Assembly (NCBI GenBank): GCA_963840455.1
Contig: CAWIYV010000007.1
Span: 192,001-256,000, forward strand
From: Nitrospirota bacterium
Lineage (GTDB): Bacteria > Nitrospirota > UBA9217
Direction: 5' to 3'
Length of the DNA: 64,000 bases
How positions within the stretch are numbered: position 1 is the first letter of the stretch; the number at the start of each line of letters is the position of its first letter. The notes beneath the pieces were generated by a model. The model did not search any database, had not been told where the DNA came from, and was given only the letters and a program-made list of their open reading frames with translations. This document shows, in pieces, positions 39,482 through 49,754 of the stretch. Both the position numbers and the translations under genes were made by a program.

Positions 39482-40930
39482 ATGTCGCTTCTGATACTTC
39501 TCATCGTGCCGCTCATCGCATCGCTTGCCCTGGCATTCATCGGCGACCGGAAGTTCGCGCCTGAGGTGAACATCCTCGGGTCCGCGTCCACCTTCGGGGC
39601 GAGCGTCCAGCTCGCGCTCCATGTCTATGCCCGCGGCCCCATTCTCGCGGGAAACGATTTCTTCTTCATCGATGCGTTCAGCGTCTATCTCACGGTCCTC
39701 ACCGCCCTGGTCTCCCTGACCACGTCGATCTTCAGCAGGCGCTATATGCGGCGCGAACGGGAACACGGCACGGTGGGCCACCACAGGATGCGTTTCTACC
39801 ACTCCATGTTCCAGCTCTTCATCTTTGCCATGCTGCTCTGCCTCCTGACGAACAACGTCGGTGTTCTCTGGATATCCATGGAGCTGGCAACGCTCTCCAC
39901 GGTCCTCCTGGTATCGCTCTACCGCACGCCTGCGGCGATCGAGGCAGCATGGAAATATTTTATCCTGTGCGGCGTTGGTATTTCCCTGGCGCTCTTCGGA
40001 ACGGTGCTGCTGTACTTCGCGGCGGAAAAGGTGCTTGGCGCGGGCGGTGCAGCGCTCCACTGGACGAACCTTGCCCAGGTGAGCGACCAACTCGAGCCGA
40101 CCATCCTGTCCCTCGCCTTTGTATTTCTGGTAGTGGGATACGGCACTAAGGTCGGCCTGGTCCCGATCCACAACTGGCTTCCTGACGCGCACAGCGAAGG
40201 ACCCACGCCGATCTCCGCGGTCCTTTCCGGACTCCTGCTGAACATCGCGCTCTACGCGATTGTCCGGTGCAAGGTCCTTGTGGACGGTTCCACCGGGACG
40301 CACCACTCGGGAAATATCATGATGGGCTTCGGCATCATCTCCATCATGGTCGCGTCGTTCTCGCTCCTCAGGCAGAAGGACATCAAGCGACTGTTTGCCT
40401 ACTCGTCCATCGAGCACATGGGCATCGCGACCTTTGCCTTCGGGCTGGGCGGGCCGGTCGCAACATTCGGCGCGCTCCTGCACATGCTGGTGCACAGCCT
40501 CACGAAGTCATCCATCTTCTTCACCGTGGGCCACGCTTCCCAGATGCACCGGACGCAGGAAATGGACAAGATCAAGGGTCTCATCCGCGGGAATCCCCTC
40601 GTCGGATGGGGGCTCGCGCTGGGCGTGATGGCGATTGTGGGCATGCCGCCCTTCGGCGTCTTCACGAGCGAGTTCCTTATCCTGACGGCGACGATCAAGG
40701 ACGCGCCGCTTCTGGCGCCCTTCCTCCTGCTTGGCCTCGGCGTTTCCTTTGCCGCACTGTTCCGGCGCGTGCAGCCCATGGTCATGGGCACGATCCCGCC
40801 TTACCAGCATCGGCTCAAAGTAGCGCATATTCCCGTGATCCTGCACCTGGCGCTGGTCCTTGTGCTGGGATTGTACATGCCAAAATTTCTCGCCGGCTGG
40901 TTCCAGTCGGCGGTGGAGCTGTTGAAATAA
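39482..40930 (+). CDS. hyfF: Hydrogenase-4/Ehr antiporter-like subunit F
   Basis: WISMELAT, EAAWKY, GTKVGLVPIHNWLPDAHSEGP, KRLFAYSSIEHMG. Confidence 0.85.
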   Translation: MSLLILLIVPLIASLALAFIGDRKFAPEVNILGSASTFGASVQLALHVYARGPILAGNDFFFIDAFSVYLTVLTALVSLTTSIFSRRYMRREREHGTVGHHRMRFYHSMFQLFIFAMLLCLLTNNVGVLWISMELATLSTVLLVSLYRTPAAIEAAWKYFILCGVGISLALFGTVLLYFAAEKVLGAGGAALHWTNLAQVSDQLEPTILSLAFVFLVVGYGTKVGLVPIHNWLPDAHSEGPTPISAVLSGLLLNIALYAIVRCKVLVDGSTGTHHSGNIMMGFGIISIMVASFSLLRQKDIKRLFAYSSIEHMGIATFAFGLGGPVATFGALLHMLVHSLTKSSIFFTVGHASQMHRTQEMDKIKGLIRGNPLVGWGLALGVMAIVGMPPFGVFTSEFLILTATIKDAPLLAPFLLLGLGVSFAALFRRVQPMVMGTIPPYQHRLKVAHIPVILHLALVLVLGLYMPKFLAGWFQSAVELLK

Positions 40931-41032
40931 ATGACGGATCGCGGAATGAAGATTGCGGAATAAACAACAGTGACTTACAGGGCCGGGTTTACACCCCGTA
41001 CCGCTGTGGCTGATGTGAAGAATGGACCTGAG

Positions 41033-42604
41033 ATGGGCAAACTGACAGAAACGTTGTTGTCATTATTGGGAGCGGACGCGAAAGAAGTCGAAGGTCAATA
41101 CCCTTCATCTATCGCGACCTTCCTGGTGCCGAGGAAACGCTTTGCTGAAGCGGCGAAAGCGCTCAAGAAGGAATACGGCCTGCTGGCAGCAGAATGGGCA
41201 ACGGACGAAACGCACTTCGGACGGGGGTTCGGGATATATGCCTGCTACCGGAAGGAGTCCGAATATCTCATCGTGAAGACGCTTGCACCTGCCGACGATC
41301 CGACCTTCCCCAGTCTGACAAAGAAGTTCGTGCCTGCTTACCGGTTCGAACGCCAGATGAACAGTTTCATGGGCGTGACAGCCGTCGGCCATCCCGATCC
41401 CCGGCCGTGGATAAAGCATGAGGACTGGCCGGCTGGTGTCTGGCCGCTCAGGAAGACCTTTGACGCATCGCTGCGTCTGCCGCGTGTTGAAGGCGAGTAC
41501 CGCTGGATACGGGCCGAGGGCGAGGGGATCTATGAGATCCCCGTGGGGCCCGTGCATGCGGGCATTATCGAACCCGGTCACTTCCGCTTCCAGGCGATGG
41601 GTGAGGACGTCATCAATCTCGAGGCAAGACTGGGCTACGTACATAAGGGCATCGAAAAAAGGTTCGAGTCCCTCTCCTGGAATGAAGCTTTCCGCCTTGC
41701 AGGGAGGGTCTCGGGAGATACCACGGTCGCTCACAGCCTGGCCTACTCGCGTGCTTTGGAGGCCATGACCGGATGCATCCCCCCTGACCGGGCCCTGTGG
41801 CTCAGGGCGTTGTTCCTCGAGCGGGAACGCATCGCGAATCATCTCGGCGACCTGGGCGCCATCTGCAACGACGTGGCCTTCGCCATCCTTTTCTATCAGT
41901 TCTACCGTCTCAAGGAGATAGTGGTCAGGACGAACTTGAAGCTCTTCGGCCACCGGTTCATGATGGACAGGATCGTTCCGGGCGGGGTGACCGCGGATAT
42001 TGACGCGGACGGTATCGCAGGCATCAACGCGGAAATGGATTGGCTGTCAAAGGAATTCGAACGACTCGTCGTGATCTATGATGAGAACTCTTCCGTGGAG
42101 GACCGCGTCCGGGACACCGGCATCCTCAGTTCGGAAAAGGCGCGGGACCTCGGCATGGTGGGTTTCGTGGCGCGTGCCAGCGGCTTGCACCTCGATTGCC
42201 GCATGCACAATCCTTTCCCACCCTATGACCGCATCAGCGTCACGACCCCCGTGCTGGTCTCGGGTGATGTCCATGCACGCGCATGGGTCAGGGTCGAGGA
42301 GATCAGGGATTCCATCCGGATCATTCGCGAGATCCTGAGGACCCTTCCGGGAGGAGATATCGCGGTTACGGTCCCTGCGCCTGGACCGGACCGTTCGGGG
42401 TTTGCTGCTGTTGAAGGCTGGAGGGGGGAGATCCTGTATTGGATTCAGTCGGGGCCGAAGGGCGAGATCAACCGCTGCATGGTCAGGGATCCGTCGAGCG
42501 TCAACTGGCTTGGACTCGAGCAGTGCATCCACGGGAACATCGTTCCGGATTTTCCGGTGTGCAATAAGAGCTTCAATCAGTCCTACTCGGGACATGACCT
42601 GTAA
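41033..42604 (+). CDS. NuoC/D-like large subunit of Ehr complex, lacking Ni-Fe ligands
   Basis: PVGPVHAGIIEPGHFRF, LGYVHKGIE; RVSGDT replaces RxCGxC and the C-terminus DFPVCNKSFN lacks DPCxxC. Confidence 0.85.
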   Translation: MGKLTETLLSLLGADAKEVEGQYPSSIATFLVPRKRFAEAAKALKKEYGLLAAEWATDETHFGRGFGIYACYRKESEYLIVKTLAPADDPTFPSLTKKFVPAYRFERQMNSFMGVTAVGHPDPRPWIKHEDWPAGVWPLRKTFDASLRLPRVEGEYRWIRAEGEGIYEIPVGPVHAGIIEPGHFRFQAMGEDVINLEARLGYVHKGIEKRFESLSWNEAFRLAGRVSGDTTVAHSLAYSRALEAMTGCIPPDRALWLRALFLERERIANHLGDLGAICNDVAFAILFYQFYRLKEIVVRTNLKLFGHRFMMDRIVPGGVTADIDADGIAGINAEMDWLSKEFERLVVIYDENSSVEDRVRDTGILSSEKARDLGMVGFVARASGLHLDCRMHNPFPPYDRISVTTPVLVSGDVHARAWVRVEEIRDSIRIIREILRTLPGGDIAVTVPAPGPDRSGFAAVEGWRGEILYWIQSGPKGEINRCMVRDPSSVNWLGLEQCIHGNIVPDFPVCNKSFNQSYSGHDL

Positions 42605-42783
42605 CCCCATCACCGCGGAGGCACAGAATCACGGCGGAATGACAGGATCATCTTGGACTTGATAACAGGATCGATAGGATTTGTTGAGAACGCATATCAG
42701 ATGTTATCCTGTTAATCCTGTCAAAAAAAGGTTTTCATTTCTCCATGTCTCGGTAGAAGCGCTGGTTTTTTCCGGAGAGCCCT

Positions 42784-43302
42784 ATGATCCGCATCCTTAA
42801 ACAGATATTCCGCACTGGCATCGTCTCCGAGCCGGTCCCACCGGTCACGGACCCCGAGATCGAGAAGATCGGCGTCCGGCTCGAGGAGGTCATCCGGCGG
42901 CGGTTCCGGCGGAGCCTCACGATTCGGCAGGTGGACGCCGGCTCGTGCAACGGCTGCGAGCTCGAGGTCCACGCGCTGAACAACGTTTTCTACAACTGCG
43001 AGAGGTTCGGCATCCACTTCACAGCGTCCCCGCGCTTCGCGGACCTGCTGCTGGTGACCGGCCCCGTCTCCCATAACATGGAGATCGCGCTGAGGCGGAC
43101 CTATAACGCCACGCCGATGCCGAAGATCGTGGTCGCGGTAGGGGACTGCGGCTGCAACGGCGGCGTCTTCGGCGAGAGCTATGCATCGCTGGGTGGTATT
43201 CATAAGGTGATCCCCGTTGATGCCGTCATTCCGGGATGCCCTCCTACGCCTGTTGCCCTGCTCCAGGGAATACTCAAAGCCGTCGGGAATACGGCCCGAT
43301 AG
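42784..43302 (+). CDS. NuoB/HycG-like Fe-S small subunit
   Basis: DAGSCNGCELE, SPRFAD, AVGDC, IPGCPP. Confidence 0.88.
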   Translation: MIRILKQIFRTGIVSEPVPPVTDPEIEKIGVRLEEVIRRRFRRSLTIRQVDAGSCNGCELEVHALNNVFYNCERFGIHFTASPRFADLLLVTGPVSHNMEIALRRTYNATPMPKIVVAVGDCGCNGGVFGESYASLGGIHKVIPVDAVIPGCPPTPVALLQGILKAVGNTAR

Positions 43303-43451
43303 AGGGTCTCAGCCGCCGGCACATTCCTGATCGCCGATATGAGGCGTCCAGCCTGCTCTATTGTTTTGCCTCCCTGCTGTATCTCGGATATAATATCTGA
43401 CACGGGCAGATGGCATGAACATCGCCAGGCACTGCCAGGAGGTAGGCTTAC

Positions 43452-44900
43452 ATGGTCCGTCATTCTGGATCTCCCATCATTACAGCGGTCGTTCTTATCG
43501 CACTGCTGTTCTTGTCAATACCACCATCATATTCCGATACACCTTCCTCAACGATCGTCCGCGACCTGTTGGAGCGGGAATGCATCAACCTCAACAAAGA
43601 CAAGCTTTCTGCGCTCCTCTCGGCGCAGTTCGGGCCAGAACTGGAAAAAGGTCCCCCTCCAGATCTGTTCAAGATCATGGAAGGGATCATTAAACGGACG
43701 GACTTCGACGGTATTACGGAAGATAAGACAGCGGAGATCATCGGCCTGGTGTACGGAGCATTCAGGAAGGGTGCTCCTCTCGAGTTCCTTGATGATATCT
43801 TCGACGTGGCCTACGTGAACACCATCACCGTGGACCAACTCTATGCCGCGGCCAATGCCCTGAAGGAATTCCACAGCTCTGATGTGCCCCAGGACATCTA
43901 TGAAGAGTTCGTCTACCATTCCATCGAGGATGGATGGGACCCTGCCGCGGTCCCGGTCTTCACCCGGGGCCTGATCTACGGTGTAGCCCGAGGCCTCTCG
44001 CCCGAGAAGACCGCGCTCATTCTTATGCTCGACATCAGAAGCGACGAGGCAAAGAAGCAAGCACCGGAGCAGGTCGTCCTGGATTCCCTCAAGCTCGTGC
44101 GGGAGAAAGAGCCGCAGAACTGGAGGCCCTTGAACGAAGTGGAAAAGGAAATGGCGATCAATAAGGACAAACAGCGCGTGCTCGAGCAGAGAAAGCGGGA
44201 GATGGATGATACGCTCCAGCAGAAGGAACGCGTTTTTGCGCAGGCCCAGAACGAGCTCAGGGAACTGCGCGAATATCCGGCTGCGAAGGGACCCGACGTG
44301 GACGTTGAAAAGCTGAACCGGGACCTGGAACGGTTGCTCAAGAACCTTCAGGGTGAGATCACAAAGTACCAGGGCCAGCGCGGGGACATCGTCGCCGAGC
44401 TGGAGGCAACGAAAAAGTCCGTGGACCGGCAGCAGGCGGCCGCGGACCGGGAGCGGAGGGCGAAACGGGAGCGCGAACTGACACGGAAACAGGAGCGTAT
44501 TTCGACCGCAGGCAAGAGCGGGCGGCTGAACAAGGACAAGCTCTATTCAGCCGTGGACAGCTACCTCGGTACCCCGTACCGGTTCGGCGGCGACTCGGAA
44601 CGGGGTATCGACTGCTCGGCCTTTACGCGTCGTGTTTATCGCGGCCAGGGCGTGGAACTTCCCCGGAACAGCCGTGATCAGGCGCGGGTTGGAATGAGCA
44701 TCGCGTACTCGTCGGTCAGGACCGGGGACCTCATCTTCTTTGATACCTCCATCAACGGCGGTATCTCCCATGTGGGTGTTTATCTCGGGAACAACACTTT
44801 TGCCCATGCCAGCAGCAGCAGGGGTGTGACCAAAAGCTCATTGAGGGAAAAATATTACGTAAAACGGTTCGTAAAAGGCGGCAGGGTGTTCGTAGACTGA
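43452..44900 (+). CDS. Exported NlpC/P60 peptidoglycan endopeptidase with N-terminal helical and coiled-coil regions
   Basis: Signal peptide; LGTPYRFGG..IDCSAF, LPRNSRDQ, GDLIFF, SHVGVY, HAS. Confidence 0.85.
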   Translation: MVRHSGSPIITAVVLIALLFLSIPPSYSDTPSSTIVRDLLERECINLNKDKLSALLSAQFGPELEKGPPPDLFKIMEGIIKRTDFDGITEDKTAEIIGLVYGAFRKGAPLEFLDDIFDVAYVNTITVDQLYAAANALKEFHSSDVPQDIYEEFVYHSIEDGWDPAAVPVFTRGLIYGVARGLSPEKTALILMLDIRSDEAKKQAPEQVVLDSLKLVREKEPQNWRPLNEVEKEMAINKDKQRVLEQRKREMDDTLQQKERVFAQAQNELRELREYPAAKGPDVDVEKLNRDLERLLKNLQGEITKYQGQRGDIVAELEATKKSVDRQQAAADRERRAKRERELTRKQERISTAGKSGRLNKDKLYSAVDSYLGTPYRFGGDSERGIDCSAFTRRVYRGQGVELPRNSRDQARVGMSIAYSSVRTGDLIFFDTSINGGISHVGVYLGNNTFAHASSSRGVTKSSLREKYYVKRFVKGGRVFVD

Positions 44901-44910
44901 TCTCGAAACA

Positions 44911-45447
44911 ATGAGCGAGGTGACTATGAAGGGGATAGCATACATCAGATTAACGGTCCTTCTGGCAGTGATGCTGGTTGCTCTCAACGGCTGCAAGGTC
45001 GCCCAGGAAGGGAAGGTCCCCCGGAACACCCTGGCGACCGCCGAGGAGACGGTGAAGGCCTATTGCGACCTTGATGGAAAGGGCACGCGGCTTACGAGTG
45101 AAACATGGTCAAAGGTCCTACCCTATATTGCCTGGACAGAAGAAGCAGGCTGGGACCGGACGATTGTGATTGCCGATTACCGGATCGCCAAGACCCAAAA
45201 GCAGTCGGAGTCCGCGGCCACGGTCTCGGTGGAATACCAGGTCATGGGCGTTCTGTCCGGCGATTACACACCATCGCGCAGGACCGAGACGATCAAGTTC
45301 CAGGTCAAGAAGACCAGGGACGGCTGGAAGATCACGGACCCGGACTTCATGCCGCCCCATGTGCTGTTGAAGCCAATGGTCACCCATCTCGAAGGAACGA
45401 AGAACCTGGAACTCGCGGGGAAGCTCCAGGCAGCACCGAAGGAATAG
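44911..45447 (+). CDS. Hypothetical lipoprotein
   Basis: Lipobox LNGC; likely start at MKGI after GAGGTG. Confidence 0.65.
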   Translation: MSEVTMKGIAYIRLTVLLAVMLVALNGCKVAQEGKVPRNTLATAEETVKAYCDLDGKGTRLTSETWSKVLPYIAWTEEAGWDRTIVIADYRIAKTQKQSESAATVSVEYQVMGVLSGDYTPSRRTETIKFQVKKTRDGWKITDPDFMPPHVLLKPMVTHLEGTKNLELAGKLQAAPKE

Positions 45448-45448
45448 C

Positions 45449-45913
45449 ATGCGAGTCATTTTGAGAACACTGTATGCCAGTATCGGTGCCGTCCTGATCG
45501 TGGCGTCTCCCTGTCTTGCCGTTCCTGCCGATGATATCCTCGGCGTATGGTACAATAGCGAAAAGGACGCCCGGATCGAGATAGCAAAGTGCGGGGAGAA
45601 GTACTGCGGAACGGTCGTCTGGCTGAAGGAGCCGAACTATCCCGAGGGATCGATGGACGGCATTCCGGGATCGCCTAAGACCGACCATCACAATCCTGAC
45701 CCGTCGCTCAGGAAGACGCCGATCATCGGACTCCGGATCGTCCGGGATTTCAGCTTTGCCGGTGAGAACCTCTGGAAGGATGGAAAGGTGTACGATCCGA
45801 AGAACGGGAAGACCTACAAGGGCAGGATGACGCTTGTCTCGCCCGCTCAGCTCGACCTCCGGGGCTATATCGGCATCTCGCTGATCGGCAGGACGACGAC
45901 CTGGACGCGGTGA
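45449..45913 (+). CDS. DUF2147-family exported protein
   Basis: ILGVW, YCGTVVW, NPDPSLR, GKVYDPKNGKTY, LRGYIGISLIGRTTTW. Confidence 0.85.
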   Translation: MRVILRTLYASIGAVLIVASPCLAVPADDILGVWYNSEKDARIEIAKCGEKYCGTVVWLKEPNYPEGSMDGIPGSPKTDHHNPDPSLRKTPIIGLRIVRDFSFAGENLWKDGKVYDPKNGKTYKGRMTLVSPAQLDLRGYIGISLIGRTTTWTR

Positions 45914-45950
45914 GCCGGACGGGGACAGAGAAACGATCTGACGCGGGGAT

Positions 45951-46394
45951 ATGGCGACAAGAAGCCTCGGAGAAGCGTACGAGATCATGAAGGAAAGGGA
46001 ACAGGTCAGGCTGGACCAGGCCAGGGAGGCTCTTGAAGAGGCAAAAGCGCTTCTTGCCGAAGGAATGGACACCGGGTTCGTGCTGACGAACCTCTTCTAT
46101 GCGTTCTACTACCCCATTCTCGCGATCATGAACGAGGGACAGGTGCCCACCACCATGCAGAGCATCACCATCGGTCTCTTTGACCAGCAGTTCATCAAGG
46201 CCGGCATCTTCAGGCAGGAATACTCCGATGCGGTCCATCGGGTGTTCACCCTCAAGCCGAAATGCAGCGGCGAGAAGACGCCGGTGAGCGCAGACGAAGT
46301 GAACAAACTGCTCGCTCTCGCCCGGGATTTTATCGCTGATGCGCAAGAGCATTGCATCTATTTGACGGATCAATGGGACCGGAGGTCAATATGA
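45951..46394 (+). CDS. HEPN-like domain protein
   Basis: Helical pattern AREALEEAKALL...FYAFYY...GLFDQQFIKAG typical of UPF0332/HEPN. Confidence 0.6.
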   Translation: MATRSLGEAYEIMKEREQVRLDQAREALEEAKALLAEGMDTGFVLTNLFYAFYYPILAIMNEGQVPTTMQSITIGLFDQQFIKAGIFRQEYSDAVHRVFTLKPKCSGEKTPVSADEVNKLLALARDFIADAQEHCIYLTDQWDRRSI

Positions 46395-46894
46395 ATAGGC
46401 TCATGACGGCGTTGCTGATCGTTCTTGCATTTTGCACTGCGCCCTTCAGCGCTCTTGGGGCTCAAATTGACGGTGTTGATATCATCAATTACGGGATATA
46501 CGGCGCAGGCGATAAAGACGAGGTTCGCAGCGCTGAAAAAAATGCCGCGGAACAAGGAAATCAGGAGAAGGCCTGGAAGCTCCTTAACAAAGACGACCGG
46601 ATCCCGGCGAAGATGGCAACGAGCTTCGGGATCGAATATATCATCAAAGGAACTCCTGCAGGTGAGCCGGTCAAGATCACTCTTCGATATCTGCATCCGA
46701 TGATATCGAACCCGGAGACGGGCAAAAAATACACGTCACAAGAGGTCAGCATTGCCGCCCTGGTTGGCAAAAAGATCCATGAGGGATATACCTTTGATCA
46801 TGAGTGGGAGCTCGTCACCGGCGCATGGGTCATTCAGGTTTTTTACGATGGCAGGAAGCTTGCGGAGCAGTATTTTACTGTATACAAACCATGA
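46391..46894 (+). CDS. DUF3859-like exported protein
   Basis: Signal peptide; YGIY, SFGIEY, HP, GYTFDHEWELVTGAW. Confidence 0.65.
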   Translation: MNRLMTALLIVLAFCTAPFSALGAQIDGVDIINYGIYGAGDKDEVRSAEKNAAEQGNQEKAWKLLNKDDRIPAKMATSFGIEYIIKGTPAGEPVKITLRYLHPMISNPETGKKYTSQEVSIAALVGKKIHEGYTFDHEWELVTGAWVIQVFYDGRKLAEQYFTVYKP

Positions 46895-47103
46895 CCTGTC
46901 GGCATCACTGCGGCGCCGACGTAAAAGAGACCGGCCTATGGAGATCAAGCGATCTTGATCAGGCATCGCTGCGGTCATTGCAGGATTCGGAGACCCAATG
47001 GGTCGTTGTCCGTCAGTTTCCGTCAGGAATTGCCGCATTTCCTGCGTAGATTTTTTTCTCCCTCTCTGGTATAGTACATAAACGCGTTGTTCGTACCAAT
47101 CCT

Positions 47104-48093
47104 ATGAATACAGCATCATTACCCGTTAACCGGACCACCCGGAGGTACAACGCCTTCGGACAGTACATGAAGGACCTCTTCGGTCAGGCCGTATACAAAG
47201 TGAACGTGGATGCGGGATTCACCTGCCCGAACCGCGACGGCACGGTGTCTGTGGGCGGCTGTATCTACTGCAATAATGACAGCTTCCGGCCCAGCGCCTG
47301 CACCAGCACGGCTTCCGTACGCGACCAGATCGAAAAGGGGATACCCTACCTCAGGCGTCGGTATGGCGCCGAGAAGTTCATCGTCTACTTCCAGCCATTC
47401 ACGAACACCTATGCGCCGGTTGGAACGCTGGAGCGGCTGTACCGTGAGGCGCTTGAGCAGCCCGGCGTTGTCGGGCTTGCCATCGGGACCCGTCCTGACT
47501 GCGTGGACGAAGGGAAGATCGCCCTTCTCGAAGATCTGGCGTTGGACCGTTTTATCCTTGTGGAGTACGGGCTCCAGTCCATCCATGACCGGACCCTGAC
47601 GTTCATCAACCGGGGGCATGATTACGACTGCTTCAAGCGTGCCCTGGCCATGACCGCTGGAAGGGGCATCAAAGTCGGGGCGCATCTGATCCTCGGTTTT
47701 CCGACGGAGACGCGCGATGACATGCTTGCCATGGCGGACGAGCTCTCGAGGCTTCCTCTCGGTTTCCTGAAGCTTCACCAGCTTCAGGTCATCAGGGACA
47801 CGGCTCTTGCGGACCTGTATGCGGCCAAGCCGTTTGCCACGCTGGGCTATGAGGAATATATCGCGTTGGTTGCCGATTTCCTCGAGCTCCTCTCGCCGGA
47901 CATCGTGCTCCAGCGTCTGTTCGCCGCGGCGCCGGATGATATTCTCGTCGCGCCGGTCTGGAACAAGACCCGGAGCGAGTTCCTGAACGACCTTGACGCG
48001 TACCTGGAACGCAAAGAAATCCATCAAGGAAAGAAGCTTAAAACAAAGTATTTCCCCCAGAGGTCGCAGAAGAAGCCGGGTGATGATCTGTAG
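47104..48093 (+). CDS. Radical SAM protein, TIGR01212/YhcC family
   Basis: DAGFTCPNRDG..GGCIYC, YFQPFTNTY, IGTRPDC, EYGLQS. Confidence 0.9.
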   Translation: MNTASLPVNRTTRRYNAFGQYMKDLFGQAVYKVNVDAGFTCPNRDGTVSVGGCIYCNNDSFRPSACTSTASVRDQIEKGIPYLRRRYGAEKFIVYFQPFTNTYAPVGTLERLYREALEQPGVVGLAIGTRPDCVDEGKIALLEDLALDRFILVEYGLQSIHDRTLTFINRGHDYDCFKRALAMTAGRGIKVGAHLILGFPTETRDDMLAMADELSRLPLGFLKLHQLQVIRDTALADLYAAKPFATLGYEEYIALVADFLELLSPDIVLQRLFAAAPDDILVAPVWNKTRSEFLNDLDAYLERKEIHQGKKLKTKYFPQRSQKKPGDDL

Positions 48094-48335
48094 ATCCCAA
48101 TCCGGACAAGCCGGAACCAGAGGCATCTCTCGCAGAGCACGCAAAGGACGCAAAGGTATAAGCCTCAGAAGCAGGTTTTCTTTGCGAGCTTAGCAACCTT
48201 GCAGAAGTTATCCCGTATTTGCATCGAATTCACTTCAACGATCGACAAGTGTTTGTCAATGGTATAGGCCTAACCGCATGCTATGCAGCTACAGACTACT
48301 GCGATCTCTGCGGTGAATACGGCCCAGGAGTTGTC

Positions 48336-48995
48336 ATGATAGACCTGCACACACATTCATTGTTCAGCGACGGCGTCCTTGTCCCGTCGGAGCTTGTCCG
48401 CAGGGCGGTGATGAAGGACTACGAGGCGATCGCTATCACGGACCATGCAGACGCATCGAACCTGGACTTCATCCTTCCCCGGGTCACGGCGGCCTGCAGG
48501 GAGCTCGGCAAGCGCTGGAAGATCAAGGCGTTGCCGGGCCTCGAGCTGACGCACATCCCGCCCGAGACTTTCGGCCCGCTTACCAAAAAGGCGCGCAAAC
48601 TGGGCGCGATGATCGTCGTGGCCCATGGAGAGACCCTGGTGGAGCCGGTGCATCCCGGCACCAATCGCGCGGCGATCGAGGCGAAGGTGGATATCCTGGC
48701 GCATCCCGGGCTGATCACCCGGGCAGAGGCGGAGCTTGCCGCGAAGAATGGTGTCTGTTTGGAGATCACGACCCGCAAAGGTCACAGCCTGTCCAACGGC
48801 CACGTGGCGAAGATGGCCGAGGCCACAGGAGCGAAGCTCGTGATCGATACGGATACCCACGAACCCGTCGACCTCGTGACCGACGAGTTCGCTCGGAGCG
48901 TCCTGCTCGGCGCCGGCATCAGCGGGAAGAGAGCGGACGAGGTCTTCCGCAATTCACGGGAGTTGGCGGACAAGGCAATCAAAAAATTCAGATAA
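48336..48995 (+). CDS. PHP-domain phosphoesterase (histidinol-phosphatase-like)
   Basis: DLHTHS..SDG, AITDH, AHP, DTDTH. Confidence 0.85.
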   Translation: MIDLHTHSLFSDGVLVPSELVRRAVMKDYEAIAITDHADASNLDFILPRVTAACRELGKRWKIKALPGLELTHIPPETFGPLTKKARKLGAMIVVAHGETLVEPVHPGTNRAAIEAKVDILAHPGLITRAEAELAAKNGVCLEITTRKGHSLSNGHVAKMAEATGAKLVIDTDTHEPVDLVTDEFARSVLLGAGISGKRADEVFRNSRELADKAIKKFR

Positions 48996-49034
48996 CGGCA
49001 TACCACATCACCGGCCGAGGAGGAACGTTCATCG

Positions 49035-49754
49035 ATGGCGAAGATCAAGAAGAAGATCACCAAGAACATGTTGTCACCGCAAGATGAGATCAAGAGCATA
49101 ACGCATACGGTCTCCGACTACTACCAGGCCTACCGGCAGCAGGCCAATGTTGTGCTCACGCTGGTCGCACTGGTCCTGATCGTAGTGACGGTATACTCGC
49201 TGGTACAAGCAGGGAACGAAAAGAAGTCAGGACAACTGTTTGCCGCAGCCTACGACGCATACGATCCCGGCGGCGGCGCCCCTCCCAACTATCCCCTCGC
49301 ACTCCAGCGGTTCCAGGATGTGGTAAAACAGTACGGCGGGACAACGAACAGCGCTATCGCTGAGATGTATATCGGCAATACGTATGCCAGCATGGGGCAG
49401 CCCGATACAGCGCTGAAGGAGTACGAAGCGTTCACGAAAAAGCATGCGGGGGAGACGTTCCTGCTCGGGATGGTGTATCAGCGGATGGGGTATGCCTATC
49501 TCGCGGTGGGAAAGAGTGATGAGGCCGTAAAGGCGTTCAGCAAGGCGGAGACGCTTGTGGGTACGGGTACCGCAACACTGGAACTTGCCCGGCTTTATGA
49601 TCGATCGGGAAACATCCAGGAAGCCCAAAAGAAGTATAAGGCGATCAGTGATGACCTTCCTTCCTCGGCCTGGGCCTCTGAGGCGAGAGCGAAGCTCCCG
49701 CCGCCGGACCTGAGCCAGCCGAAGCCTGCACAACCGGGTGCTGCGGCGAAATAG
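49035..49754 (+). CDS. YfgM-like membrane-anchored TPR protein
   Basis: N-terminal TM followed by TPR-like helices; GAGGAGG RBS. Confidence 0.75.
   Translation: MAKIKKKITKNMLSPQDEIKSITHTVSDYYQAYRQQANVVLTLVALVLIVVTVYSLVQAGNEKKSGQLFAAAYDAYDPGGGAPPNYPLALQRFQDVVKQYGGTTNSAIAEMYIGNTYASMGQPDTALKEYEAFTKKHAGETFLLGMVYQRMGYAYLAVGKSDEAVKAFSKAETLVGTGTATLELARLYDRSGNIQEAQKKYKAISDDLPSSAWASEARAKLPPPDLSQPKPAQPGAAAK

Noticed and set aside
35569-43302. Formate hydrogenlyase or active [NiFe] hydrogenase 4
   Set aside because: The large subunit lacks both Ni-binding CxxC motifs, and no fdh or hyp genes are present in the window.
45951-46394. HEPN-MNT toxin-antitoxin system
   Set aside because: No adjacent nucleotidyltransferase and no evident RNase motif.
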